64,000 nucleotides of DNA from Chara braunii (GCA_003427395.1 BFEA01000040.1:3643022-3707021), one strand, 5' to 3'; numbered from the stretch's first letter, positions 12,520 through 26,036 are shown. Numbers and translations: made by a program. Notes: a model not told the origin generated them from the sequence alone.

Positions 12520-12921
12520 ATATATCGTCAAATAGAACTGCCCGGTAAACCGTAGGCAGAGAGGGAGAAGAGGACAACAAACGAGGGGCTGTGACAAACT
12601 GTTTCGTCGGAGTTTCACCAACTCATCAGGAGGCTGAACCCTCAATAGTCTGTAGAATTCCCTTACTGATTACACTGTAAGTGATAATCCACCTTAACCG
12701 AAGTCAAAGTAGACTATCACTCACCCACACCAGATGGAAAACTCTACAGACTGTTGGTTCACACCCCATCACAAGCCAGCAAAACACCCACGAAACAAAG
12801 AAAGGTCTGTCACAGCCAAAAAATACACTCCAGACACGCCGCTGGCACTAGAGGCATATATATATATATATATATATCGTCAAATAGAACTGCCCGGTAA
12901 ACCATAGGCAGAGAGGGAGAA

Positions 12922-12955
<34 letters not shown>
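12520..12955 (-). mobile_element. Non-autonomous hammerhead-bearing repeat with partial-tandem end, in (TA)n
   Basis: Direct repeat 12521-12571 = 12873-12922; TA runs 12856-12877 and 12923-12955; homologues at 48081, 49730 and 50410. Confidence 0.8.
12595..12652 (-). ncRNA. Type III hammerhead ribozyme (one stem III mismatch)
   Basis: cagacta-TT-gagg[gttcag]cctc-CTGATGA-gttgg[tgaaact]ccgac-GAAA-cagtttg. Confidence 0.75.
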
Positions 12956-12957
<2 letters not shown>

Positions 12958-12959
12958 AA

Positions 12960-14160
12960 AGCAAACGGCCCCATCAGTGTTAGTGTTGCTGATAAGAGCA
13001 GACACCACTACCACCTGGGAAGCGGCTCCATCTATTGGTGGGGAGCATCACCTGCTGGAAAACGGGTCCGGCGTCCCATATACCGACTGAATATGGAGCA
13101 TATCAGAAAAAAGATTGTGGGGGATTCCTGCCAGCATTGATTACCCTGAGACCCAGGGGATTAACTGAGCAGGATATTAGAAAGAGGGGGAAGAATCTCT
13201 TCACCCTGAAACCGGCGCCAGATACCTGCTGTTACAGACTAATTCTTCCTTCCCTAGTCATTGATTACTCTGGAAACCAGAGTATTAAATTGAGCAGGAT
13301 ATCAGAAAAAGGCAACAATATTCTCATCCTACACAGTTGACCCTTTCTTTAAGCACCTGCATACCAATTAGTCTCGACCATTGAGCTCGCTGGTGGCGGA
13401 AAAGGATCGGGGAAATCTGAGAGAGGCCGCAATGGGATGGAGGAGTCAATTCTAGTCCAATCATGAAAATGGAGGTGGTAGTCCCTTTCAAAACTCTCCT
13501 TATTCCCTCCCTCCCCTCCCTCCCCTCCCTCCCCGCCCGCCCTCCCTCCCCCCTTTTCCATTGCACGTTTGCTATCAACCCCCCGTGTTCCCCTCCCAGC
13601 CAGTCGTTACAAAAGGATTGGATTTGCAGTTTGATTTCTGTTCTTGAGTGTATAAAGGCTATTTTTTCCTTAAATTTATCCCATTGAACCATGAGGTCTA
13701 CCTGAATCTGGTGTTTGATTGTCTCTATGACAGCCGGACCTTGAAGACGAACTCCTTCCATCTTTCTAGTGCACCTTTTCCACCAAATTGCCCAAAAGAT
13801 TGCTCTCCATCCCACTGTGAACATGTTTCTCTCAAAATTGCTTCTTGTTCTGACTGCCAGGTTTCACACAGGATTGGTTTCCAGTCCCATGGCCCAAGGG
13901 GTTGATCCGCCTAACAGGCGCCACACTCGATCCCACCATCTCCATAACCAAACTGACCCAGGGCACTGCAGAAAGATGTATTCAATTGTTTTTGGTCTCC
14001 ACCTGGCTGGGTATAGTCTCTGTAGATCGTTTACTGGAAATGCAGAAAAAAACACAATTTGCATCATGGTAATGCTAGACCTCTCTGTTCTAAAGTGGAC
14101 CGATTAATAATCCAGTCGTTGGTGGGTAGGCAGCCATGGACAATCTGCCATTGTAATGAC
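12960..14160 (-). mobile_element. L1/Tx1-type LINE 3' fragment
   Basis: QWQIVHGCLPTNDW, TIEYIFLQCP, WLGG, FHDWTRIDSSIPLRPLSDFPDPFPP; 3' motif at 12985-13078. Confidence 0.85.
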
Positions 14161-14461
14161 GCAATTGGTAGGGAGCTGCATATGCTGGAAACCAGGTGTA
14201 GCGTCCCTTATACAAAACGATGGAAACAAACTTCATGGCACATGTATCCACCGAGTACCAGCTAGCTGTAGGACCTCTTCACCAAAAGGCGCCAGAACGG
14301 AAAGGAACACTGGTCCTATTCAGCCGCTAGCGATGTCCTTTCTGCGATTAGATTCTGTAAGCTCAGTGTGAGTTCTATTCCGTTCAAGCAACGAAAAAAA
14401 CTTTCTTCGCTGGACCCGATTTCCAGCAGGTGATGCTCCCCACCAATAGATTGGAGCTCCT

Positions 14462-14496
<35 letters not shown>

Positions 14497-14689
14497 GAAA
14501 AAACCTTTCTTCGTCTGTTATTTAGTCTATTATCAAGTCTGACCAAAACGGGAGGGCGGGAGGTAACTGAGAGGGCTGGCTATAATAACTCTACAAGGGG
14601 GTCTTGGATCCATCAACCAAGGCTCAATATCGGCCATTTCGTCACAACGGACATATTATACTTTCTGAACGAAATTAAAATTGAGTTTT

Positions 14690-15345
14690 TGGGCCGAAAT
14701 CCGGTCCAAAGTTTTGGCTCCTGGGGGTCCCCCTAGATGTATCTGGTCTCAAGCTGAATGCAAATCCCCTTCGCCGTCGACTTTAGCATTCTAACTTTTT
14801 TACCCCACGTTCCAAAGAAACGACTTGGGCCATGCCTCCCATTTCGTGCACTGTTTGTTTTCCTCCAGTCCTCCCATTTCGTGCACTGTTTGTTTTCCTC
14901 CAGTCCGCCCAAGTAAGTGCCCTGATGTTCGATAGAACCTGATCCATTTTATAGATGTCCGAAAAAAGATTCGGTCTAAACAATCTGTGATTTCTAAGTG
15001 AGCAGATGACTGACATGGTTGGTGCTCGACAAGCAGTAGCCACGTCGCACCAACCTCGACCCACTGCCCACGCGTTCCCTATGATCCCCTCCACAACAAA
15101 CTGCTCTTCCCATCGGCATCTACGTGCTTCTGCCAGAGTTTTGCCCACCAAGCCCATATTCTCTTAGATTCAATACAATCCCACCAGAGGTGGGACGCCG
15201 TTTCTAGTAATACTATTTTCTTTCTGCACCGACAACACGCGGTGTCTATCTCCATCCTGTTGGCTGCCAGCCAGTTAGCCGTGGGGACGGCGATGGCTCT
15301 GTGGGTGGGATTCTGCACAACTCCTTCCACAGCTTTCGAAGCCAG
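14690..15345 (-). mobile_element. LINE ORF2 zinc-finger fragment (different family)
   Basis: HRAIAVPTANWL..CCRC..ETASHLWWDC..IW. Confidence 0.75.
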
Positions 15346-16112
15346 GCTACTTCGATCTACGAAACTGGACCTGACCTCTCTCTTGCTTCACTTTTTTTTT
15401 TTTTGGTTTCTTTTCTTTTGTGAACTACCCGAGCCGATGCTAGGGGTGCTGATAAAAGCAGGCACCGCCAGCACTCCCGTGGAGGCTCCATCTATTGGTG
15501 GGGAGCAGCACCTGCTGGAAATCGTGTCCAGCGTCCCCCTGAACATTGTAGTTGTTTGTTTGAACAGACATGTGGTTGTAATGACAGCCAGCTGCAGGGC
15601 TCACCTACACGCATGACTTCTGACAGGCAGCAGACCTACACAGCAGCCTGAGTTGCTTGCGTACATGATTATGTAGCCTGCGATAAGTCATAGTGTGCCC
15701 AGATCTCATGTCTGCTGCTACATTATGATAGTGTTCTGCTACCCCCATCCATCCAGAGAACAGCACCTTGTTGTCGTACTTGTTTCCTCGACCAGAGATG
15801 TTTTTTTTTTTTTTTTCTATCGTACTTGTTCCCTCGACCAGAGATGTACTTGTAATTGCAGCAAGCTTGCTGCAGTGCCCTCCTAGAAAAAGTGGATTTG
15901 GCAGCTGGAGATGCACAGCAGCCTGAGGTGCTTGGCAACATGACAGCCTAATGTAGGTGATAGTGTCCACAGATGCTACTAAGAGAATTGGAAGCAGGTT
16001 GGCTGTTCTGCTTTACCCCATTCACCCAGCTAACGGCCCCATGTTGTCTCGGTCTCTGTCTTGGTTCTATCACCTAAGCTACTCCTTGCTTCTCCTACCC
16101 ATTGGCTTTTAA

Positions 16113-16262
16113 ACCACCAGTACTTGGCCCAGCTATCGGCCGCGGGAAAAAAAAGAGTAGAAACATTTCTAGTCGGATGAATTTGGGCGCTCCTGTAGTA
16201 GCCCGTACGTTTCCTAAAATAGTGGCGCCTTAACGGGCACTACTCTAGGAAATACTGGTGGT
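16113..16262. mobile_element. TTAA-flanked MITE
   Basis: TTAA-accaccagta...tactggtggt-TTAA. Confidence 0.8.
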
Positions 16263-16376
16263 TTAATTTCTCGAAGTATGATCGCAGATGCCCTGACCAG
16301 TGACCATGACCCGTGAGCAGGAATGACACACACAAATTGAGAAATGATCAAAATGTTCCATGTGTCATCCAAGGAG

Positions 16377-16411
<35 letters not shown>

Positions 16412-19400
16412 GGACCAAGGAAGTTTTCAGTGCTTATCGAAAGAAAAGATGACGATCTGTTACGTATACATTATTCCGCGAGTGATGAGTTAACCCGGCC
16501 GGCGTACCCATATGCCGGAAAAAAATCCGTGTGACTGTCTGACGAGAAAAGAAGAAGAAAAGATGACGGTCTTGAGGTATTATCATTGAACTGACAGCCA
16601 CAGGTAACTCTGATGCCAGAGTCCATAGGTATCGGATTATTTCTCGAATTGGTTCTGAATCATCAGAGCTCCACTGTCCAGGATGACTTTTTAGTTGACT
16701 TCTTGACTCCAGCTCCCATCATCAATCCTGTCGCAGATGTCAACGCATCATTTTAAGGGGCCTGCTATTGGCCGCCGATGGCCGGTGCTCATTTCACCTC
16801 CCATAGTACACCCCCAAATTGAAGGATTTTCATGCAAAAGTGGTCATCATTCAAGGTCAGTCTTTCGAATTCAGCCACAGAATTAACAAGGTTGCAACTC
16901 TGGCATGTCTTAGGTTTAATAACCAAAAAAAAAAAAAAAAAAAAAAAGAACTAACAGGTAGTAATGCCCTGCCTCCAAGTGGCAAACCTCCCTTCATTTG
17001 GCTAAAAGCCTTTTCTTTCTTTTTTAAGGCCAAAACCCTTAAGCTTGCCAGGACTGTTTTTTCAGAAAAAAGAAGGGAAGAAAAAGGCCAGAACACTTAA
17101 GGCACTGACAAATTGTTAAAGGCTGATTGTCCTGATTGTCAGACACTGAGGTGGGACTGAGGGAGTTGGGGGTGGGCTAGGATCTGAGAATTGTTGAAAG
17201 GGAATGGATGGGTTTTCCTAAGCCGGATTATCCATTCAGAAAGAGGAAAAGTCAAACCCTTTCAGGTCAGTCAAGCCCCCTTGTGAAAATGACTGTATAC
17301 AAGTTATCTGTGCGGTTCAGTACAGCCCCCCTCCACAACCGCAACTCTGTATTCTCACTCGGATGTCGCAATGTAGAGGTATAGTGTAATCTCCCTTCCT
17401 ACTATCTTTCACCCAGTGCCTCCTTGCCTCCTTATTCCTTCTGAACGCAACCTCTCACTGCTAACTACATATGGCCTCTACCAACCAATGGTGATTACTA
17501 ACCGGTGCTGACTAGACTGCGACTTAGGCACAGGATGACGACAACAATTGCTGACTCCACTATGACTTAGGCAATGATATCTCTTCGAAAATCCAGACTA
17601 CTTCCTCTCTTCATACATGCACACTACGAAAGGAGAATTGACTCCCCGTTCGTTTGGACAATCCCCTCCATTCCGTGTCGGAAAGATGAAGATTGTAGCT
17701 GCTAATCATAGAATTGTAGATGGGGTAGAAAACTTCTCATGACATGAGAACGCCAGTTCCAATAGACTTGCCTACCGAAAAACAACTTCAGCGTAAATGC
17801 AAACGCTCTTCCTCCTTCTGTCCTTACCCCACTGGTTCACTCTCGATGACCATTCGCTGACGAACTCACCAAAACACTCAACAGTCTGCGTCGTCAGGTA
17901 CCTCTGATGTGTCACCTTCCGCCGTATCAATTGATAGTATTCGCTGTAGAGTAGTCTATAACCTCTGCTACATATTGACTTGGATGCAAGTATCATCATG
18001 CCATAATAACCCACACTTTACCTTATCAGGGGCAATCTCCGCCTACTCCATCGATGTTGAGGTGATCAACATTCCTCTGGCCTTCTGCGGTGTATGAAAA
18101 CACGTTGGCTATGGAGCTTTTCGCGGACACCAGGCAACAGAAAGTACTGGGCAGGCCAACACCTGCCTCCTATCCTTCCCTTCACTGGTGCTAACATGGC
18201 TCCACATCAGCCTGTGACGTGGACACAACAAGAACCTCCGACTATGGTTGCGCGTGCGTTAGGCGCCAACCACGCTCCACACAATCTATCAGAACTCGTT
18301 GACCAGAGTTTTGCGTAGTGACCATGAATGTTTCTGAGTTTTTCCTTTATCCATGCTTTGTTGGTTTTGGTTGCCAATTGGGGTCTTAAGAATGATTTAA
18401 GATTCTGGGGACTTCTAGCAACTCATCTTAGACAACTCCATTGCTGATATATTCAGTGATGTCCGGCTTTTCGATGCCAGAACGACGCTGGCCGGTGTTG
18501 GGGTGTTGCCTGTAACCTGCTGATGCAGGAGTGTGAGGCCTGGTAGAGAGATCTGGGGATGCTTTGGGGTGGGCATTCCAAGGGACAACCAAGGGTTGCT
18601 GCTGGGACGACGCTGGTCGGAGCTGGGGGAAGTTGTGTTGCCCTGTAACCCAGCAGGGTGGGGGTGTGAGGCTTGGAAGAGCTCGACAGGGAGTAAGACA
18701 GTGCTGGAGAGCTTTAGAAGGGTTGCTAGGGATTCACAGGGTTTTGAGCATTTGTAGGACCTCTGCGGTGGCATGTTTTGTTGTGGGCAGACCTTTTTTT
18801 TTTTTTTTTTTTTTGAAANAACCCGAAGCTGTGATAGAGGTGCTGATAAGAGCAGACACGTCTACCACAGTCGGGGAGGCTCCATCTATTGGTGGGGAGC
18901 TGCACCTGCTGGAAACCGGGTCCATCGTCCCTAAACATCGTATTTCATGTTGTATGCAGACCAAATGAAACGGGCAGCAGTAGCAGGATGACCCAACCCT
19001 GATGGAGACAAATCATGAGTAAGGCCACACATCTACTCTACCTCCTTAGCCACTTGCCCACCGGACATTTTGATATGCGGGTGGTCGTAGCCCTAGTGTA
19101 ACGACCACTATCACCATTTCGGCTCATGAGGGTGACCGCAGCCCAAATGTAGTGAACACTATCTCCGTTTCTGCTCATGAAGCTAAGTGATAACCCCTGT
19201 GTATGAACCGCCCTGTGTGCANGCAGAATGACCCCCATTCCCCAACCCCCACCCTCTAGAACAGTAAGTTTCGGTCCGTGTTAAAGGCTTTCAGTGCGTT
19301 GTGAGCGATATGAGACAGTATGAGTTATATATGGAGAAGCCGTTGCAGGTTGCACTCAGCCGTATTTTGAGTCTGTCCCAAGTCCACTCTGCATTCTGTA

Positions 19401-19859
19401 AACAATCCCTCCTGGGTTACCCCTAACCCCTAAACCCTTAAGACCACGGCAGGTCTTATTGCCACAACTGATGGCAATGCTCACATTGTGTAACTTGCAA
19501 ACAATGGTTCATGAACCGGGACGCATATTGTAGGCTCTCTCACCCCCAACCACTAAACCTGCAAACCATGAAGACCACTGTAGTGCCGGTTGTCTCAGAT
19601 GAGAGAAGTCCGTTCATTGTGCAAGGAGCCTGTCTTGTTGTGTTGATCCCCTGACCCCAACCTGAGGCGGCTCCCTGGTCTGCAAATGCTGTTGCTCCTC
19701 GTCCAATGAGTCCGTGCATTGTGCCACCGGCCTGTGGTGTCGTGTTGATCTCTTGACCACATCCTGAGGCGGGTCCCTGGTCTGCGATTGCTGTTGCGAT
19801 TGCTGTTACTCCTCGTCCGATGATCCGACGTACCCAGGTCACGTAGTTGCCCCTTCCTT

Positions 19860-22800
19860 CTACTGCATTTCCGAGAGGTTTGGGGGCGGTAGCAGTGCGG
19901 GATCGGGAGGAGGGCGAGGAGATGTGGGGTAGGGGTCTACGGGATGAGCAGGAAGTTGGTCGGGAGGAAGGAGACCGCAAAATCTTGCAGGGGTTTCNTC
20001 TGCCAGACTNGCTCCCCCGCTCTCCAGTGTTTCCACTGTATGNTGAGGTCGTGTTGCAATGCAGAGAAGAGACGGTGGGGGTCTTGCCATATCTGGCAAT
20101 ACGATTCCCTGATAGCCTCCCTGAGACTGACATCCTTCTCTTCGTGATACTCCCGTGCCATGGTCTTCCANGCATTATGAGTATGGGATCTNATCTCATC
20201 CTCTATCTCCTGTTGCGCTCTCTGCAATCCAAACTGGTAGTCTTTTCTCTCGTAGGAGCACCGTGCCCTCCAGGTTTGCATGAGGACATGTAGTCTCGTA
20301 TATGAAAAGAGATTAACTGCAAACGGAGACCAGTTTGCTAGCAGCTGTTGATTTTCTCCAAGGAGGATGAGGCCAAGATCCCAAGGTATGTGTTGGTCGT
20401 CAAGGAGTGAAACGCTGCATCCCACCACCTCCAGATTTGAGCTGCCATCGGGCAAGACAGAAGGCAGTGCTCAAGGGTTGCCCTAGCAGGCTGAGTAGCC
20501 CGACCGCAATACGTGCATATAGGGGACAACAGTCCTTTTTGCTCCAGGTTAGTTCTGGAAACAATCCAATCTGGGGTGGGAAGACAGCGATGTAAGATTT
20601 GTCATTGCAGGGACCTAAGGCTTGTGGGCATGAGTTTAGCATATTTGGTCCAGGGAAGGTTGCTCAGCAACTGTGCATCAAGTGGTGAATCCCGTTCTCA
20701 TCTATGCACGATCGTTTTCCCAATCTGCTGCTGAGGTCGGGCTGCCTTATACCCTCCTCTGACCGTGTAGTCCCAGATATGCAGGTTGTGTTGGCCCTTC
20801 CATTCCCATTCGTCCGGGGCGAATGGAAGCAGGGCCACGGGTATGGATGGCTCATACACGTGGAATCCTTCGTCTTGGCCCCCCCACGACTCTGACATTT
20901 ATCAATCCAACCCATGATTCTGTAACGTCGGAGTCCGCATCTCGGTTTAGGCGAGAGAGCCGCTTACCCGACACGTGTAGAGCAAAGGCTTCCAGTGTGC
21001 AGCTCGCACCATTTCTGTTGCAGACTCTGTAGACTTTGTCCGGTTGTGGGAGGTCAGCATATCTGACCACCCAGTCTTGCGGCTCAATCGTCGGACCTGT
21101 TTTAAGAGTTTGCAGCCAGGCCAGTGGCATTGCATCGGTGAGCTGGCGAGTCTTTTCTTCAATATTCCTGACGTATTTTAGCTTAGCCCTCAGGACATCT
21201 GGTGAGAGTCATTTTTGTTCGACCTGATCCCAGAGGTCACCCACCGTATAAATCCTTTTTTGTGTCCAAACCAGCCACGACGAGTTGGTTGTGAGCACAA
21301 AGGGGGACCCATCTTCATTCAAGATAAAGGGGTTTCCGAAGAGTGGTTGCCTCCACACATTATGCCATCTGTTGGGTGCTCGCTTTTGCTTGGGGCCAGT
21401 CGTTCTCCATAGCTTAATCATGGTCGGCCAGAGAGGGTCATTGTGAATGTCCTGCCTGATGGCACGGGATGCACCCCCAGCTTGTGTCTATCGGCGAGGG
21501 CTCGGGATTGACCAATGATTATTGGTCAGCCATTGGAATGGGTGTATGTGACCTGAGGGCACCGGTTCCGGTGTCAGCCCTGCAATCTGCACACAGGCCA
21601 GAGGTCTCCATGGAATATCATTTCCTACAAGGAGTCTAGTCAGTACTTTGAACATCATTGCGTCAGTCTCCCTGTGACGATCAAGTATCCCCATCCCCCC
21701 TACGGATCTCGGCTGTGTGAGAGTGTCCCAGCCTACCCTGTTCAACCACTCTTCCTCTTTTGCGCTGTTCTTCCATAGATACGTTGTGAGCGCTTTCCGC
21801 AGTCGGGTATATTGCTTCGGTGTCAACGGCCACACCGGTAGCTTGTACCATATAGCCGCCAGGATGGCATTGTTGATTGTCAGCGCACATCCAATCAACG
21901 ATGTGTGCAGCCCCTCCCATTTCGCGAGGCGGTCAATGGCCATGTTCACCAGGTTATCTCCATGATCCACCGGGGGCCCCATCGCTGTTAGCTTCACTCC
22001 CAATATCCTTATAGCATCTTCTTTCCTCGCCCATGCTACACACGGGGCCGGTGGCGGAGGTTCATCCTGAGGGTGGAGCCACCAGCCCTCTGTCTTTGAG
22101 CCCCAATTCACTTTCATATCTGCCGCCAACGAGAAGAGGTGTATAGTTTGGGTGAGGGCTTGCAGGCTGTCTCGATCTGCACGTATGAGGACCGTGAGGT
22201 CGTCAGCAAACAGAGATGTCATTGGGATAAGATGATCAGGGATCTCCGGGATCGGTATTTTGCTGATTTTCGGATGGGCTCTGATCAACGCAGCAAGGGC
22301 CTCTATAACGATAACAAAGAGTAACGGTGCAATGGGATCCCCTTGGCGGACTGATCTCTGCAATTGGATCGGTGCAGAGAGGTGGCCATTGAGCATGATA
22401 TTTGTGGTGACCGATCTGTGGAGGATTTGCACCCATCGACAGAACTGGGAGCCGAAGTTCATTTTTGTCAGGCACATATCTAGGAAGTCCCAATCAACGT
22501 GATCATATGCTTTCTCGAAGTCTATGAATAGTATGGCTGCGTGGGCCCTGTGCTGGCGTGCATATTTAATGGTCTCGTTGACCAGCAGGATATTGTCATG
22601 GATGTTACGGTTCGGCATGAATCCTGTTTGATCTGGATGGATCAACAGATTCATGTATGGCAGCAGGCGGATGGTGAGGGCTTTGGCCACCAATTTGTAG
22701 GGGACCGGGAGGAGGGTGATTGGTCTATAATTTCTGATGTCCTCTTTGTCTCCCTTTTTATAGAGTAGCGTTGTGACCCCTTGGCTGATCATACCCCCAA

Positions 22801-24525
22801 AAAAGCCTCCCTCTTGCACTGCCTTTATGTAATCCATGAGGTCATCTTTGAAGAGGTCCCAGAACGACACCCATAATTCTTTCGGAAAGGAGTCAATTCC
22901 TGGAGTCTTCTCATCGTCCATGTCCCGCAGGGCATCCCATATCTCTTCCTGCACAAGCGGCCTATCCAAGTCAGATATCTGCTCCTGTGTCAAGCGTGAG
23001 TGCACAGTTTGGAGCAGTTCATCCCTGGCCTTCCGGACGTCGTCGGGATTTTTTTGCGGGGGTATCCGATGTAAACAGGTCCTTGTAGTATTTGGCTTCG
23101 TAATCAGTAATTGAATAAGCGTTGGTAGCAGTCGGAGCACCATCATCCAGGGGGTGCCTAAGGCGAGGGACAGCTGAGGCCCGCGTGCGGGCTTTCACTT
23201 TAGCGAAGAAAGATTTTGCCATCGTTCCATCAGTGTGTTCTCTTTTTATTCTAGCCTGAATCCTCCATGCCTGCGATTGTCTGTCTATATAGGCCTGAAG
23301 GTGGTCTCTTGCTGCTTGTAGCTTTTCAAAGGAAAGGGTGTGCTGCGGGTCGTCTGTGATGGCCGCATCCCATTCTTCAAGTTCTCACATAAGGCGATCG
23401 ATTATAGCCTTGCGGTCTCTCGCCATCTGGATGGAGAATTTCTTGGCTCTGTCTCTCAGGCGGGCAATCCCGTCATTGAACCAGGTCACGGTTTGAGCTG
23501 CTTCCAGCCTGTGGTTTGGTGGATTGCCAGTATTGCCAAAATTCCTGCACCATTTCCTTGAATTTTGTGAGCTGCAGCAGCGAAGTGTTAAGCTTGTAGA
23601 AGCCCAGGCCTCTCTTGATTTGAGTGTGAAAGGAGAGACCCAGAGTTATCATTCTGTGATCAAAGGATTTACACGGGCTGATTGCAGCTATTTCGGCCGT
23701 TGTAGTCAAGCCCATCAGTTCCTTCGACACGAGAGCAAGATCTATTCGCGAGCTTGCCAAGCCTCGGGTGCCTCTCGAGGATAAACAGGTGTAGGTTTTT
23801 TTAGCCGGGTGCAGCACTCTGTACACATCCTCAAGTTCCCTGTCTGCCATCAGCTGTCTTAGCATCAGTACGTCCGGGCCCAGTTCCGGTAAAGAGGGGA
23901 GATCTGGGTTCACCCTTTGGGCTGTCTCTTATACACATCTAGATGTGTATAAGAGACAGCGTCTGGGCCCAGTTCCGGTAAAGAGGGGAGATCTGGGTTC
24001 ACCCTTTGGGAGGAGGACCTAAGGTCCATCACCGGGTCAAGGGTGGTGTTAAAATCCCCTATCATAATGACGGGCGCATCTCTAGGGACGTTTTGGAGCA
24101 GGGTTAGCCACAACTCCACCCTGTCGACGGGGTCATTGGGTGCATACACATTAACGAGGTAAAACTCTTCGCCCTCAAAAGTCACTTTGAGGCACACCCA
24201 ACGTCCTTACTGGTGATCGTGCTGTATTGACAGTGGTTTGAGTTTAGAGGACGGCGGGAGCCATATTGCAACCCCGGCCGACGCTCTATTGATTGCTGGC
24301 GCCGAGAAGCTTGTGTAGGGCCGTATGAATTTGGCCTTCGCTATGTCCTGGGGTGTATGCTGGAGGTGAGTTTCCTGAATACACACTGCATCTGGCCACC
24401 CTCCAGACACCAGTGATTTGATCATATCCCATATGGCTGTCTTTTTATCTGGTGTTGCTTGGATGAGGCCATTGACATTGAGTGACCGGATGTCTATGTC
24501 TGCCCTGGCCAGTTTGACCGCCCAT
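19860..24525 (-). pseudogene. LINE ORF2 (AP endonuclease, RT, C-terminal zinc finger), disrupted
   Basis: SLNVNG, IQETH, NVYAPN, GDFN, SRID, DH; YRPITLL, IDFEKAYD, RQGDP, FADD; CTYC..LEHCLLSC; several stops and frameshifts. Confidence 0.92.
23922..23959. other. Nextera mate-pair junction adapter (Tn5 mosaic ends), assembly artefact
   Basis: ctgtctcttatacacatct+agatgtgtataagagacag exactly; flanked by a ~50-bp duplication. Confidence 0.97.
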
Positions 24526-24795
24526 TGAGGGGGTTTCTGATCCGGGGAAAAACAGGCGGGGATGAGGGCCGCGGGGGCTGGTGGGGTTGTTGTTGGTGCG
24601 CGGGCGGAGTCGGTTGGGATGGGGGCCGCATGGGTGGATGGGGTTGCTGTTGGTGAGCGGGTGGAGTCGGTGCAACGGTGGGAGGTGCAGGGAAAGCGAG
24701 GTTGGCGGTTGGCGGCAGTCCCATGTCCAGAATTCCGTGAGATTGCATCGAGTCCTGGCTAGCACAGGGCTCGGTCCTCAAGTCAGTGTGATGCA

Positions 24796-25760
24796 TCATA
24801 ATGCGCTCAGTTCTGGCGGCACCGGGATAGCGACCTGAATGTCCATGTCGGTCGGTAACTGTGGGTGTTGGAGATCGGCCCCTTCTGGGGCGCAGGTGTC
24901 CATATCTTGCGCACTGCCTGCTTCAATGCAAAGGATTCTCTCGCTTGTGTCGCTTGGCAGCAGCCGGTCCGAGGCTAACTGTATGTGGGTTTGGAGTGCA
25001 GTTTGTTGCTGCCAAAACGACTGCAGCTGTTCTTGTTGTTGGTGCAAAACTTGTTGTTGTTGGCAACACAGTTGTTGTTGCCACTGTATATGCATATGTT
25101 GGAGGAGCTGTTGCTGTTGTAACATTCGTTGTTGATGTTGTTGTAGGTGGTAGTGGGCGAGTTGGGTTTGCAGCAATATGCGGTATTGTTCCTCGAACTC
25201 TTTCCGTTGAATGGCCTGTTGTTGTTGAAGCAGGTTAGCTTGTTGCGCTGTTTGATGTAGAACTTGTATTTGGGCATAGTGCAAGTTTTGCTGCTCATCT
25301 TGTTGGGCTTGCTCCTGCTGTTGGGCTTTCTCCTGCCATGCCAGCTGCTGTTGTGCATTTTGCCATGTTTGCTGCTGCTGTTGTAGATGCAGCGCGTGCA
25401 ACTGCTGGTGGCCAAGGAGAGGCAGGTCCCCTTGTTGGTGATGAGCCACGTGGTGGTGGGGGTCAGAGTCGAACTGCTGTGCTTCCTCCATGCAGTTGTT
25501 ATGAAGGGGCTCCTGAGACGGCTGTTGTTGGTGCGTGGTATGCAGTTGCTGTGCCACGTCGTTGTCGCTATCCTCGGGAGTCTCCCCGGTTCGGCAGTGA
25601 CTGTGGTCAAGGTGGAGATCAGTCGGGTGTTCCAGGGGGGCGTTCGAGATCTGTCATTGGGCGATGTGTAGGTGCTCTTCGTCCCGCTGTGGCTGCTCCG
25701 TTTCCTCTTCCCGGTGTAACCGGTCCCGGTGGGCGTTTGGTTTTGGAGTGGGCAGACCTT
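24796..25760 (-). pseudogene. Gln-rich C-terminal part of LINE ORF1
   Basis: Poly-Q ORF 24796-25557 directly upstream of ORF2 on the same strand. Confidence 0.55.
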
Positions 25761-26003
25761 TTTTCTTTAGTTTGTCATAGTAATTTTCTATTTAGATCAA
25801 AATTCTCTTAAAGTTCTCTTACTCAAAGTCGGGTAATGGCCCCGGTTTCTCAAACTTTCAAAATTCGATGTAAATTTCCATATCGGACGCTGGGCCCAGT
25901 TCCCAACACGTGCTTCTCCCCAAGAATAGATTGGAGCCTTGTCCCAAAAAAAAAACAAAAAAAAAAAACACCTGCATATAAAATGCTGAAGCAGCTGAAC
26001 ACC

Positions 26004-26036
<33 letters not shown>

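Larger units (their letters stand above)
18795..25760 (-). mobile_element. Near-full-length decayed L1/Tx1-clade LINE
   Basis: Q-rich ORF1 remnant, APE-RT-zinc finger ORF2, ~1-kb 3' UTR, 3' motif 18840-18932, poly(A) (T tract 18795-18814). Confidence 0.92.

Noticed and set aside
16620-16755. CTGATGA...GAAA on the minus strand, or a C/D-box snoRNA
   Set aside because: No convincing stems II and III; box C imperfect and no terminal stem
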